From positions 1-59,088 of the IMG/VR virus record IMGVR_UViG_3300025869_002638: 59,088 bases of DNA. One strand, given 5' to 3'. The stretch comes from a virus. Lineage: Duplodnaviria > Caudoviricetes. The position numbers and the translations under genes were made by a program. This document shows, in pieces, positions 30,201 through 39,234 of this stretch; within the stretch, counting starts at the first letter, position 1, and each line of letters begins with the position of its first letter. A model generated the notes under the pieces. It saw only the letters and a program-made list of their open reading frames with translations. It was not told where the DNA came from and searched no databases.

Positions 30201-33005
30201 AAAAATAAAGTCATCATAAGGGGAGGGATTTATTGTTTCGTATATAAATTCATAGTCTTCACCCGTAAATTCATCTTTGATCGCCTGAATAAATTCTTCA
30301 CCGACGTTTTGGTCTCCCGGATCTTTGTGACGGACTCCGATTGGCCAAGATATTGATCCATCTTTCACGGTTTCTAAAATAGAGCGATACAATAGGTCAT
30401 CAGCATCACCTCCGAGTAGGCTGGTCATCTCGGTGGGGGTAACCATCTTAGATACATCAGCAATGAATTTTTGAAGTTGTTCAGCACTAGGATCTGTTTT
30501 GACTGTTATTGTCTCATCATCGATGATCTCTTGGTTAACATTTACCAGATCTACATCTTTAGCAATTTGTACGATGTCGAGGTTGATGAGTAAATTATTA
30601 AGCTCTACTCCGCCGTAATCGTACTGCCTAAAGGCATTTTGGAGTAGGTCTAGTTCACTCTGACCAGCAGCAGGACCACATCCTGCCACAGCCTTTACTA
30701 GATCCTTGGCAACGCCTGCCAAAAGAGATTTCAAAAAATTAGTAATAATTCTATTAATGACGGCACGATAAGCCGATTTGGCTCTATTTTGCTTATTCAT
30801 CATTGGTAATTTTTTAAATTCTAAAACCAGTGGTTGTTTTAAATCTTTGGAGACCCGAGACAACTGGTTAGTAGCGGGCTGTGAATCAGTTGCTTGTAAA
30901 ACTGCGGCTCCAACTGCCCCTCCTAATACATCCAAAGAGCAGAAAATCTGATTCTCTACAAGGCGTTGCACTTCCCTTGATATATTTTGAGGATCAGCAG
31001 TAGCGCCGGCGGTAAGTAAGCGCCGGGTGGTCTCATCTTGAATCACTTCCCTTTTCAGAACTTGAATAATTCTCCTCAAATATGTACGTACTGAAATCTT
31101 TCCTTCTAATACCGCTATAGCGGTGAGAGTCTCTCGAAGGGCTTGGGCGGCGAGGGTGTCGCAGCCCGAAGCAAATAAGGCGTCACTCAGGAATACATAC
31201 CTTTCTTTTTTGTTCCAAAGCCGATTTGCTTCGCTTTGAGGAATACGAGAATACTGAGCAAGTTTTGTAAAAATATTCTTTTGCTGGGATAAAGTGTTTG
31301 AAAGATCAAAGGTCCCTTGATTCCTTTTTACTTGATCAATCTTTTCGGGTGAAAAATCAGGCTGTGGAAAGGTATACATCGACAAAAATGTTGCCCATGG
31401 CTGGCGAGTCTGTGGGGTAGTCAACAAAGACTCATTCGATATTTCCAAAGCATTATAGATATAAGAGAATGTAGTTGCAGTTAAGTAGGCAAAAGCGTCC
31501 AAAACTACAGTGGGAGTGCCCTCTACAGGCTCAGGCTGAAAATTAGGATTACCCGTTGCCCGTGTATAGGCCACCCCATTTATGCAGATATACAATAAGC
31601 GAAATGAGTCGTCAAAGAAAAATTGTACAAGATCATCATCTTGCAGGGACAGTCGATTATAAGCATAAAAACTCCCGAATAAATCATAAAATGACTCGAT
31701 CTTTTGCGATTCAATATCTAGGTCTATATTGTTCAAGAGGATAGGTCCAAGCCCTTCTTCTCTTAGGGTCTGGCCATATTCTTCGAGCATGTCTGAGACA
31801 TCAACCAATTTCTGTGCAAGGTTTAGGTTCTCAAAAAATCGAGGCTCTCGACTGCTTACATTTGTTTTTTCTGTGTCGGTTATTACCAAAGAAAGTTGAT
31901 AGGGAGTAAGTGCCTCATCCTGATAGGAAATTGCGTCAGTGACTGGCAGGCTATTAATAATTTCCTGGTCAATGGTGATGGCACAAACCCAGCGGGATCC
32001 CGGACGGGGATCCTTGGAAGTAAACATATTGTACTTGCGAAAACGAGGAGTATCCTCTTCCTCTAAGTTATATTGTTGAAATTCTGGTGCCTCAATTCCC
32101 CCAAACGTCTCTTGTAGTGCCAGATAATTCCCTCTAGATAATCTACCTGAGAATTTTAGTATCTCTTTAATTCCTCGGTCGGCAATATCTTGATATTTTT
32201 GAAGTACTCCTTGGCTTTTCAGTTCTGGCAGAATCCAGGCTATATCCAGAGAATTAAAATCTGTTAAATCTGTTCGAACAACATAATAGAATTTATCGTC
32301 AACTACATTGAAATACACTTTCTCTTTGTCTGTTTCTGGTTCTGCATTTTTTGTCCACTCGTAAAGATCCACATTAGACTCTGACCCTACGAAAGTATTA
32401 ACCTGGGGAGATATTAAAGTGTTTTCAAGTGGTGCAGTATTTGGATTTATAATATCCCTTGTACGCAGACCTAATGCTGACCTTAATCGAGCCAAATATG
32501 GGAATGAGTGAGTAGGATTAATTGCCATAAGGTTAGCGATATCCTGATCGGGCTGTGAAGCGCCGGCGCTGGCTTGAGATAATTCTGTAGTGAATGTTGT
32601 ATAATTTTGAATTACAGAATTTTCACGTAGACGAGCAACTAAAGTTCCTAGTTCTCTCTGTGCCTCATCTCCACCCCAAGGCTCCATAACCTGTGTTCCA
32701 GTTATGGAATCCCGAGTTAGTCTACCGTTCTGGGGATAGATTGAAAAGTAGGCACGGGCATCGGTGGATGTTATAATTCTTTGCCCATCAGGGAGCGCAA
32801 CATCCGGGGACATCTCAGTTCCAATATTAGGAAAGTTTTGAAAATTAATATAACTATCGTGGATAGCCTCAATCACAAATTTGTTGCGAATGCCATGATA
32901 ATCATAAGGATCAACTCCCAACTGACCACCTAAGCGGTCCTGATATGTCTGATCAGCATATGGGTTGACGATATTCTTTTGTCGGGTTGTTAAAATAACA
33001 CTCAT
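27198..33005 (-). CDS. Large hypothetical protein (1935 aa), probable virion/baseplate-hub associated
   Basis: Long intact frame with a largely helical central part, between spike-like and gp25-like genes. Confidence 0.45.
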   Translation of the reverse strand: MSVILTTRQKNIVNPYADQTYQDRLGGQLGVDPYDYHGIRNKFVIEAIHDSYINFQNFPNIGTEMSPDVALPDGQRIITSTDARAYFSIYPQNGRLTRDSITGTQVMEPWGGDEAQRELGTLVARLRENSVIQNYTTFTTELSQASAGASQPDQDIANLMAINPTHSFPYLARLRSALGLRTRDIINPNTAPLENTLISPQVNTFVGSESNVDLYEWTKNAEPETDKEKVYFNVVDDKFYYVVRTDLTDFNSLDIAWILPELKSQGVLQKYQDIADRGIKEILKFSGRLSRGNYLALQETFGGIEAPEFQQYNLEEEDTPRFRKYNMFTSKDPRPGSRWVCAITIDQEIINSLPVTDAISYQDEALTPYQLSLVITDTEKTNVSSREPRFFENLNLAQKLVDVSDMLEEYGQTLREEGLGPILLNNIDLDIESQKIESFYDLFGSFYAYNRLSLQDDDLVQFFFDDSFRLLYICINGVAYTRATGNPNFQPEPVEGTPTVVLDAFAYLTATTFSYIYNALEISNESLLTTPQTRQPWATFLSMYTFPQPDFSPEKIDQVKRNQGTFDLSNTLSQQKNIFTKLAQYSRIPQSEANRLWNKKERYVFLSDALFASGCDTLAAQALRETLTAIAVLEGKISVRTYLRRIIQVLKREVIQDETTRRLLTAGATADPQNISREVQRLVENQIFCSLDVLGGAVGAAVLQATDSQPATNQLSRVSKDLKQPLVLEFKKLPMMNKQNRAKSAYRAVINRIITNFLKSLLAGVAKDLVKAVAGCGPAAGQSELDLLQNAFRQYDYGGVELNNLLINLDIVQIAKDVDLVNVNQEIIDDETITVKTDPSAEQLQKFIADVSKMVTPTEMTSLLGGDADDLLYRSILETVKDGSISWPIGVRHKDPGDQNVGEEFIQAIKDEFTGEDYEFIYETINPSPYDDFIFTKEKIKEFFAAIGAGLGELESEDSPSALDEFCENRDPDLTTLKLRLSEAQMIGQFDQVFSSKIARINSYCDYLRSLQSLQFQLDQLLASLPMMEWYNSILRLLARILPYLTSMLSAWWKNAFGKQPQNVSDPRYNLYSTEIGIQLFYQSYYMLHSSMVVPRLQKTSTNRFVYRVPIVNYSTDRVEIPSTAYKELGTQLILPYAHYGITDDSTSDARIGSYAASTAPQHLREKIGNSAIPARPDVALGQYEGVYSERATEYIKPYLKQIQYREPYIGFFPTVALSVRNSNDPIEPGIRIYVDSPQSSSRGFGQTNPYNNESLLASWNPQDFATEPNSPVSYGMLLNNLIEPGTQNLNTGGTALPSLSSGTGAGLQRPSSAVQQMINSFFMTSLKLVDDDNPFSIDTTDESLNVISNPSEFVETQIDRVITSDVGKRRLPRYIYGTNLEVFVANDDICVTADQKADAEAWVSVIQSRIQQFFVNTLPLARVYPCWNNTGTVNLITDYLYRKIRKELKSRNILTPLLQNFDMIEKVYADFPVENPQLVISDSKTPDENLKETIQKIFVRMLDNIARTSEYSLINRSVYDNFEVLGRDNPSYTKYLSSLFLFYQEMASQIKQGNYANLGIRDNQVTAASRLLREMRDPNTQTVTAFGEQVGSYYFPIGPLYATYLIYYDNSVKYGERYSDIYYRSQVEIAGSDDAFLGAVRGQTYSKFANKYVGFPVSVLEYNESYDITYYSTPQVEERVAYLDRLLTDPNLIETSLLERIDIEDRTRGVSQRTSEAALTVLDNGYRYMSPYDAPPEYYDAMGTVFSSAKDWLGGNNPLGNLDAWWKQPEYMPPFTEEQIEEMYEEYLVRSEQEIRTIVSQNYKPAGGEPVARLANLQSAWKASARNYFAALGSRDVGPYGNAASAQGAPNLVSVDELCTYSSTRLDSYVNGLFGERSFGDVLSETPIVKRMVYGVVLSTLGDAQEYVCLNTGPSLQSVRIEKNTLETLIKPNE

Positions 33006-33018
33006 GGTTTATTTAGCC

Positions 33019-34038
33019 TTAATTAACGGAACAGAATTTGCTTCTGAAATTGTGTACCGGCAACGGGTTATAGATTTTCTTCAGGTCTTCACTGAATTTG
33101 CCGCCATAGTTTGCCTTGTGAAATTCATAGTTCAAATCTTGAGTATACAAATCTATGTAGGCAGGAACTATTTTTGATGTCAGTTCTTTAAGTTTTGATT
33201 GGGAGACTCCAGTAGGGTCGGCAAAAGAAGCCATCAAAAACGTAATCAACTCAAGATTAAAATACACACTCGACTGTAGATCGTCAATTAAATCAGTAGT
33301 CTTGTCAAGAACCGTAACTAACTGATCGCCCTTAACCATAGGCTCTAAAGTAGAGGCGTCGTTGCCGGCAATCAGGGCAATTGTCCCTGGTGTTCCCTCT
33401 ACATTCATTCCTCTGGACCCCTGATAGACATCTGTGCCGGTTACGATTTTAATACCTTCTCGTGCAACCACTCGCACAAGATCGGACTTTATGACGATTG
33501 CACCTCGTCCGGTCATACTGCCTTCCCCTGGTGCTTTTGCAATATTAAAATACTCCTGGGAGTCGATATCGTGAGCCATTTGCGTCATATAGATACGAGA
33601 ACAATCTAATTCTGTATGTTTATTGGTCAGAACAGGCTCCCCAGAAGCATCCACTTCTCTTTTTAGAACTCCCGATAATCCTGCGATCAAGTCAATGCAC
33701 GCTGCGTGACTTACAGGTGCTCCTTTAGGGAGTCCGGCTTGTGCAGTTCTTTGAGACAGTGGTGTGTCCACTCCCTGGGTGGCTGCCCTAGGGAGCCCAG
33801 AACCCATGCCCGATTTAATACTTCCTGGGCGGTCTCGTCCTTGAATGATAATACTGCCACATTTACCTTGCGATACTGTTTCTGCATCAGCAACCAAATA
33901 ATTCGGATTAGGCTCAGTAAATAACGGAGTTTGGTCTATCCCATTGCCCTGTTCCCCTACTGAGCCCGGATCCTCGTCAACAACTCTCTTTGTCTGTGCA
34001 GTCATAAATGCTGGCAGTATAGATGGAAATTTAGACAT
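33019..34038 (-). CDS. Putative baseplate hub/spike protein (gp5 C-terminal-like)
   Basis: Short beta-repeat stretch IVIKSDLVRVVAREGIKIVTG followed by EPMVKGDQL, as in spike proteins; context next to the M23 and gp25-like genes. Confidence 0.45.
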   Translation of the reverse strand: MSKFPSILPAFMTAQTKRVVDEDPGSVGEQGNGIDQTPLFTEPNPNYLVADAETVSQGKCGSIIIQGRDRPGSIKSGMGSGLPRAATQGVDTPLSQRTAQAGLPKGAPVSHAACIDLIAGLSGVLKREVDASGEPVLTNKHTELDCSRIYMTQMAHDIDSQEYFNIAKAPGEGSMTGRGAIVIKSDLVRVVAREGIKIVTGTDVYQGSRGMNVEGTPGTIALIAGNDASTLEPMVKGDQLVTVLDKTTDLIDDLQSSVYFNLELITFLMASFADPTGVSQSKLKELTSKIVPAYIDLYTQDLNYEFHKANYGGKFSEDLKKIYNPLPVHNFRSKFCSVN

Positions 34039-35330
34039 TATGCTCCCGATCCCCCATAAGCCCCACCGGGGTTGTTTCCGGTAGTTCCTTTGATCGCAAA
34101 CCCTGGTCCAAATAAGAACTGACTTATGGGCTCTAGAGAATCAATAACTTCCCCCTTCACGCCAATTTTGGAATTACCTCGGGGGTCATAAAGAACCTCA
34201 AAGTGAAGATGCGGACCCGTGCTACGCCCTGTGTTTTGTGAGGTTCCAATTTTTTGCTTTTGAGAAACCGGATCGCCTACTCGTACTAGAGGCGGTCCCA
34301 TGTGTGCATAAAGGGTGTAAAAAGGACCCCCGTAAGGAGTAACAAAATCTGTATGTTCAATAACAACATACCACCCATAACCTACCTTGGTGCTGGGGGC
34401 TCCTTGTAGCCTACGTCTTACCACCTTACCCGGCAGGGATGCATAAATATTTGCCCCCATTGGCGCAACGAAATCAACTCCTGCATGGTTTGTACTAGCG
34501 CCGGCGAGTCCTGTCCGCCGGGGACCAATTCCTGATGTTGCAAACTTCGTGAAGAAACTATCTGAAGTATATCCTGATTGAATAGATGGTGTTGGTGCCT
34601 GATCTGCATCATTAACCGATACAGGGTTTGTAGGATAAACAATTTGGGCTGTTGCTGCTGGTGGTGGTAGAGAAATGAAATTTCGGCTCTTGGGTCCTTG
34701 ACGAGGGCTCGGGGTACCAGGGGCATTACAGGATCCAGAAACAGTATTGGAGCCGTTTGAGCCAGGGGCTCGGGGATTACAATTTCCATTCTTACCATTA
34801 AGATCCTGGGATTTCAATTGATTAACACTAATAATAGTGCCAGCGGATATATTTGGATTAGTACTAAACCCCATGCGAGGGTTACGAAGTACAATATCAA
34901 CCTCAGACCCGTGCCCTATCTCAAGTCCACTAGGATTAGAGACTGTTCTGTAAAAATTACCTGAAGCGTCAGAATTCGAAGATGGAGGACGAACCTGCAA
35001 AAATGCGTCTCTGTTATCGCTTACAACTTGGACTTTTACAACAGGATGTTTACCTATTGTGGGCTCTGTAGAGGTGGCCCATGGCCAAACTAAACCAAAC
35101 CAGGATTCAGATTCAGGAGAATTTATCGAAGGGACATGAACAACTCGGGCTTTTAAAACTTGGTCGCCGCCGGTGGTATTTACTCCAACAGATGTCCTGA
35201 GGACTTTCTTTACAAGATGGGAAGCCGGGTCCTGTCCGTAAACTAACTGTTCATTATGATAAGCGTCTGTATTAGCAGAGATACTTATAGAAGGATCAAG
35301 CCAATCTGCTTTTGCATCTGATTTAGCCAT
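34038..35330 (-). CDS. M23-family peptidase with N-terminal extension (probable tail-associated peptidoglycan hydrolase)
   Basis: M23 motifs NHAGVDF (HxxxD), YGWYVVIEH, TLYAHM and STGPHLHFE (HxH). Confidence 0.85.
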   Translation of the reverse strand: MAKSDAKADWLDPSISISANTDAYHNEQLVYGQDPASHLVKKVLRTSVGVNTTGGDQVLKARVVHVPSINSPESESWFGLVWPWATSTEPTIGKHPVVKVQVVSDNRDAFLQVRPPSSNSDASGNFYRTVSNPSGLEIGHGSEVDIVLRNPRMGFSTNPNISAGTIISVNQLKSQDLNGKNGNCNPRAPGSNGSNTVSGSCNAPGTPSPRQGPKSRNFISLPPPAATAQIVYPTNPVSVNDADQAPTPSIQSGYTSDSFFTKFATSGIGPRRTGLAGASTNHAGVDFVAPMGANIYASLPGKVVRRRLQGAPSTKVGYGWYVVIEHTDFVTPYGGPFYTLYAHMGPPLVRVGDPVSQKQKIGTSQNTGRSTGPHLHFEVLYDPRGNSKIGVKGEVIDSLEPISQFLFGPGFAIKGTTGNNPGGAYGGSGA

Positions 35331-35625
35331 CTTTAGGTTTGTCCTTTATTATATCAAATAAAGAATTTTTATCCTCTTCGGATAACCCTCGTTCATTATT
35401 GGTTGTTTCCTTACGATAAACCAGGGTAGCGAGTTTGACTAGTTGCTCATTACTTCGCTGTAGAGTTTCTACAAATTTAGCGGCAGTAGAGCCAGCATCC
35501 GAATATCTTTCTGAGGAAACTGACATGTATTCCTTAAGATTGCTGAGCAGTTGCTCAGTCTCTTGACGGTCTTGATTAATGTTTTCCAGTGCTTGCTCTA
35601 TAAGAGACTCTAAATTCTTTTTCAT
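35323..35625 (-). CDS. Hypothetical coiled-coil protein
   Basis: 100-aa helical ORF coupled to the M23 gene; preceded by the TAnTTA motif. Confidence 0.55.
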   Translation of the reverse strand: MKKNLESLIEQALENINQDRQETEQLLSNLKEYMSVSSERYSDAGSTAAKFVETLQRSNEQLVKLATLVYRKETTNNERGLSEEDKNSLFDIIKDKPKDG

Positions 35626-35640
35626 ACATTAACTAGTTTG

Positions 35641-36330
35641 TTAGTTAATTTCTCCTTCGTCCCACTTTTTCTTAAAAGTGCGGTAGCGAACTCTCATTTT
35701 ATTCAAGCAACTAACAATTTGCTTGGTGTTCAAGCCAGTGATTTCTCTCATGTATAAATAAATTGCCTTTTTATTAAAGATTTCAATCTGATCAATATTT
35801 TTCATCAGGGTTTCTATAGCGTTAAGAACCTTTTCCTCGTTGGGTTTTAAACTTAAAGTGCGCCAGGTCTCGATCTCAGATAACAAGAAGGCCCAGTATT
35901 GGTGTTCTTCAGCAGCATCATAGAAATCACTATGCCCAGATGCAGAGACGGCTTCGACTTCTCGGATCATTGAGTCATAATTAACTTCACGGCGATTCTT
36001 TTTGGTTTGCTTTTTCGCTTTGTGTGTAAACCAGTTTTTTGTTACGACTGAAAAGTAAGAAAATGCTTTCGTCCCTTGGTTGGGGTTAAACTTACCTAGG
36101 ATTGTGGTAAGCCAAACCTTGCAATCATCTTTCAGGTGATCAATATTTTCAAGAGAAGTAAACTTATAAGTATAGACAATCTTGTCCACCAACTCATTGA
36201 ATGCTGGCTGGATTTCTTCTACATAAAGTTTCGATCGAATACCAATATCCTCTGTCGCACAATAGGCGACGATGGCGTCTTCCGTTACTTTTGTAAAATA
36301 ATGATTTTTACTCTTCTTCTTCTTTTTCAT
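35641..36330 (-). CDS. Phage sigma-factor-like protein (candidate late transcription factor)
   Basis: Sigma region-2-like segment DHLKDDCKVWLTTILGKFNPNQGTKAFSYFSVVTKNW; C-terminal HTH-like MREITGLNTKQIVSCLNKM. Confidence 0.65.
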   Translation of the reverse strand: MKKKKKSKNHYFTKVTEDAIVAYCATEDIGIRSKLYVEEIQPAFNELVDKIVYTYKFTSLENIDHLKDDCKVWLTTILGKFNPNQGTKAFSYFSVVTKNWFTHKAKKQTKKNRREVNYDSMIREVEAVSASGHSDFYDAAEEHQYWAFLLSEIETWRTLSLKPNEEKVLNAIETLMKNIDQIEIFNKKAIYLYMREITGLNTKQIVSCLNKMRVRYRTFKKKWDEGEIN

Positions 36331-36616
36331 TGTTATCCGAATCTAAAAAAATGTTTTGCTGCTTAATAAAGATGTCTAACTCTTCCATCAAGTCTTTTAT
36401 ATGTGCCACAAGCCCTTCAAGGGTCGAATCACCATAGAATCTCTCGGCATTATAAACCTTATCTAGGTGCTCATTAAAACTCTTAATCAGAGAAGAGGCA
36501 ATGAAAACATCTTCGTTTACGTTTTTAGTATATTCGAGTAAGCCTCGGATATACCACACGAGCATACCCACGGCTGCACCCAGAATTAAGACCAAAAACG
36601 CTAAAATATATGTCAT
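36308..36616 (-). CDS. Small membrane-anchored hypothetical protein
   Basis: N-terminal hydrophobic helix (ILAFLVLILGAAVGMLVWY) followed by a helical soluble part. Confidence 0.6.
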   Translation of the reverse strand: MTYILAFLVLILGAAVGMLVWYIRGLLEYTKNVNEDVFIASSLIKSFNEHLDKVYNAERFYGDSTLEGLVAHIKDLMEELDIFIKQQNIFLDSDNNEKEEEE

Positions 36617-36879
36617 TTCTTCTCAAATACTCTATTTTTAATTTTCTTCTTCATCTCTTGCAATTCATGACCATTGTTCTTGATTGCTTCTTTTACTTCG
36701 TCACCAACAGAATTCTCGGGATTATTGTTTTTTACCCTGGCATCGTTGAATGGGGTAGACAAATTCTTAACGATCTTGTCAGATCCACATGCGGTACAAG
36801 TTATGTCCACTGATCGATAACTATGCCTAATATGCATCTGGCTCTCACAAGCAAGACAGTCATAGACATATTGCGGCAT
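36613..36879 (-). CDS. FmdB-family zinc-ribbon protein
   Basis: MPQYVYDCLAC...CTACGS matches the MPxYxYxCxxC...CxxCGS pattern. Confidence 0.8.
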   Translation of the reverse strand: MPQYVYDCLACESQMHIRHSYRSVDITCTACGSDKIVKNLSTPFNDARVKNNNPENSVGDEVKEAIKNNGHELQEMKKKIKNRVFEKK

Positions 36880-37058
36880 TATTCTACCACATCCGTAGTA
36901 ACGGCGCTACGAACTGGGGGCGGATTAGTGACAAAAACCTCATCGTTCTTGACTTCCAGATTCCAGTCTGATAGTAATTCTGTAATATCGACCTCCTCAG
37001 CAATACACTTTTGAAGTGTCATGAGAAGGGCACCTACTGCTTGGTTTGATAATTTCAT
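36879..37058 (-). CDS. Small hypothetical protein (59 aa; missing from the ORF track)
   Basis: MKLSNQAVGALLMTLQKCIAEEVDITELLSDWNLEVKNDEVFVTNPPPVRSAVTTDVVE. Exactly fills the gap, with ATGA overlap upstream, TAATG overlap downstream and a GGAG SD. Confidence 0.8.
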   Translation of the reverse strand: MKLSNQAVGALLMTLQKCIAEEVDITELLSDWNLEVKNDEVFVTNPPPVRSAVTTDVVE

Positions 37059-37954
37059 TTGGTTAACTCCTTTTTTAAGTTTTTGAAACAGCGATCAACG
37101 CCTTTTTTAATATCAATTTTAGTTTTCCATCCTAATTTTTTCAGACCGGATGGATCAGCCTTAGTTTCTTTCACGTCGCCTTTGCGGTCTTTTACGTAAT
37201 CAAAGTTTATATCCGGCAAGTGAGAAAGAACTATTTCTTTCATCTCGTTGAGAGATATATTTTCTCCCGTTCCAACGTCAAATACCGCACCCTTGAAATT
37301 TTGTTCATAATCCATTGCAAAAATATTGGCTGCGATGGCGTCATCTACGTGAAGCATGTCCCGTCTTTGTTCCCCATCACCAGTAATGAACGGCTCTTCC
37401 TCGTCTCTAATATGTTTCATCCAGTTCGCAACCGCAGTGGCATAAGCGCCCTCTGCTGGTTGATCTTCAGAATAGACATTAAAATAGCGCAAAGATACTG
37501 TATCAAGACCGAATAAGTCAGAATAAATTCCGGCTTCCAACTCAGTAGTATACTTCTGCAAAGCATAAGGACTCATGGGTCCACTACCATTCCCTTCTAT
37601 GCTAGACGAACTTGAATATATGAATCGCTTGACCTTGCACTCTTTTGCAAAATTTAACATGATGGCTCCAGCCATTACATTATTAAGCATAGTCTGGACT
37701 GGATTATCGATACTCTCTCCAACCCTGGGGATGGCCGCTAGATGAAAGATGTAATCCGGAGACCATTCTTCCAGTTTTTCTCTCATCTTTTGGTGTGAAG
37801 GAGAGCCGCTAAACAATTGGAGAATATTATTACCCAACAGATCATCTGAGTCGATACCCAAAACCTCACAATCTGTTCTTTTCAACAAGGCACGATAAAG
37901 ACGGGATCCAATATAACCCTTATGTCCCGTAACTAAACATTTTTTCTTAGTCAT
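37055..37954 (-). CDS. NAD-dependent nucleotide-sugar epimerase/dehydratase (extended SDR)
   Basis: TGHKGYIG, FHLAA, YSSS, YALQK (YxxxK), LRYFNVY, GDGEQRRD. Confidence 0.92.
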   Translation of the reverse strand: MTKKKCLVTGHKGYIGSRLYRALLKRTDCEVLGIDSDDLLGNNILQLFSGSPSHQKMREKLEEWSPDYIFHLAAIPRVGESIDNPVQTMLNNVMAGAIMLNFAKECKVKRFIYSSSSSIEGNGSGPMSPYALQKYTTELEAGIYSDLFGLDTVSLRYFNVYSEDQPAEGAYATAVANWMKHIRDEEEPFITGDGEQRRDMLHVDDAIAANIFAMDYEQNFKGAVFDVGTGENISLNEMKEIVLSHLPDINFDYVKDRKGDVKETKADPSGLKKLGWKTKIDIKKGVDRCFKNLKKELTK

Positions 37955-38798
37955 CTGTTACTGCTCTCCCTCTTAATTGTTCCCAGTCTTTTCCTGGTCT
38001 AACTTCTAAATTTTTTTGCCACACCGCCGACAGAAGGGATGGATTAACATTTTTTGCTTTCATGCTGTGTATGAGAGCATTTATGTCTTTAGGAAAACAA
38101 GATCCTCCAAACCCCAATTGACCATCTGGACCAGGAACTGATAAATGACTCTTCCCGACTCGGTCATCATAAACTGAGGATTCTACTACCCTGTCGTAAT
38201 CAGCACCAAGGGCATCACAATACTGTTTCATTTCATTTGCAAAAGATACCTTAGTTGCTAGGAAGCAATTACAGAAATATTTAGTAAGTTCGGCTTCCAG
38301 AGAACCGCATAGAACATAAGGAACACTAGGAAACTGCTTCATATACATGCTCTTAACTTTTGTCAAGGCTTCCTTACAGTTATCTCCCCCTAAAATAATA
38401 CGTTTTTGATTTTTAAAATCTTCAATATGATTGGCTTCGGTTAAAAACTCTGGGTTAAAAATAATACTACAACAATCACGAGTGATTAATTGAAGGCGCT
38501 TAGTGGTACCTGGAGGAACTGTAGATTTAATCACAACGACTTTATCATCTCCCTCGCAATAGTTATCAATAAGGCGAACTGTGTTTTCCACGAGAGTGGT
38601 GTCACACTCTCCTGTTCGTCGCATAGGAGTGGGAAGACACACAAAGAGAATATCACTTTCTGTTACTAGATCACTTAATGAATCGACCGTCGATAAGTCT
38701 GTATTGAATTTATCATACACATTAACAGTTACAGAATCTCGAAGACCTTCCCTTAAGGAACTGCCGACAAATCCGCACCCAACAATACCAACATTCAT
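37947..38798 (-). CDS. UDP-glucose/GDP-mannose dehydrogenase family protein (short form)
   Basis: GCGFVG, CLPTP, KSTVPPGT, NPEFL, catalytic GFGGSCFPKD; SD AGGAGG upstream. Confidence 0.9.
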   Translation of the reverse strand: MNVGIVGCGFVGSSLREGLRDSVTVNVYDKFNTDLSTVDSLSDLVTESDILFVCLPTPMRRTGECDTTLVENTVRLIDNYCEGDDKVVVIKSTVPPGTTKRLQLITRDCCSIIFNPEFLTEANHIEDFKNQKRIILGGDNCKEALTKVKSMYMKQFPSVPYVLCGSLEAELTKYFCNCFLATKVSFANEMKQYCDALGADYDRVVESSVYDDRVGKSHLSVPGPDGQLGFGGSCFPKDINALIHSMKAKNVNPSLLSAVWQKNLEVRPGKDWEQLRGRAVTDD

Positions 38799-38856
38799 AG
38801 TGATCTCTTCCTCCTGTGTTTATTTTAGTTGACTTTTCAAAAAGTTTATAGTATTT

Positions 38857-39234
38857 TTATATTTTACATTGATTTAAGCCAAAAAGTTTGCTTATCCAAT
38901 GTCGGTATCGGGCGAATATCTTGTAACTCCAATAACAAATGGGTGAAATTACAGGCGCTTTCATAATTTTTGACACAAGGGTATAAAAGCCGCCCATCCT
39001 ACTTAATATCTCAGCGATTGCCTCATGGTGGGTGTAAACAACTCCTTCTTCATCTTGGACTATTATTGTCTTCTCTTTGAGGGAATTATAATGAGTGAGA
39101 GATAAGGTTAGAGGTACTTTTTCTTCAAAATTATTCGGTATAAAAAATATATTTTGGGTATCGACTCGATATAAAGCCGTATCTATAAATTTTGAACAAA
39201 TTCCGCAATCTGCGTCATACCATACAATCATCAC
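38857..39234 (-). CDS. DCC-family thiol-disulfide oxidoreductase (DUF393-like)
   Basis: N-terminal WYDADCGICS (DxxCxxC) and C-terminal YKIFARYRH (YxxxAxxR). Confidence 0.82.
   Translation of the reverse strand: MMIVWYDADCGICSKFIDTALYRVDTQNIFFIPNNFEEKVPLTLSLTHYNSLKEKTIIVQDEEGVVYTHHEAIAEILSRMGGFYTLVSKIMKAPVISPICYWSYKIFARYRHWISKLFGLNQCKI

Noticed and set aside
27198-33005. Tape measure protein call for the 1935-aa ORF
   Set aside because: No clear periodic Ala/Gly-rich repeats, and its position beside gp25 is atypical; left as hypothetical.
38829-38857. Plus-strand TTGACT...TATAGT/TATTTT promoter-like sequence and a short ACTTTT/AAAAGT inverted repeat
   Set aside because: Spacing to TATAGT is only 12 nt, the 17-nt alternative has a poor -10, and it is antisense to all genes; too weak in AT-rich DNA.
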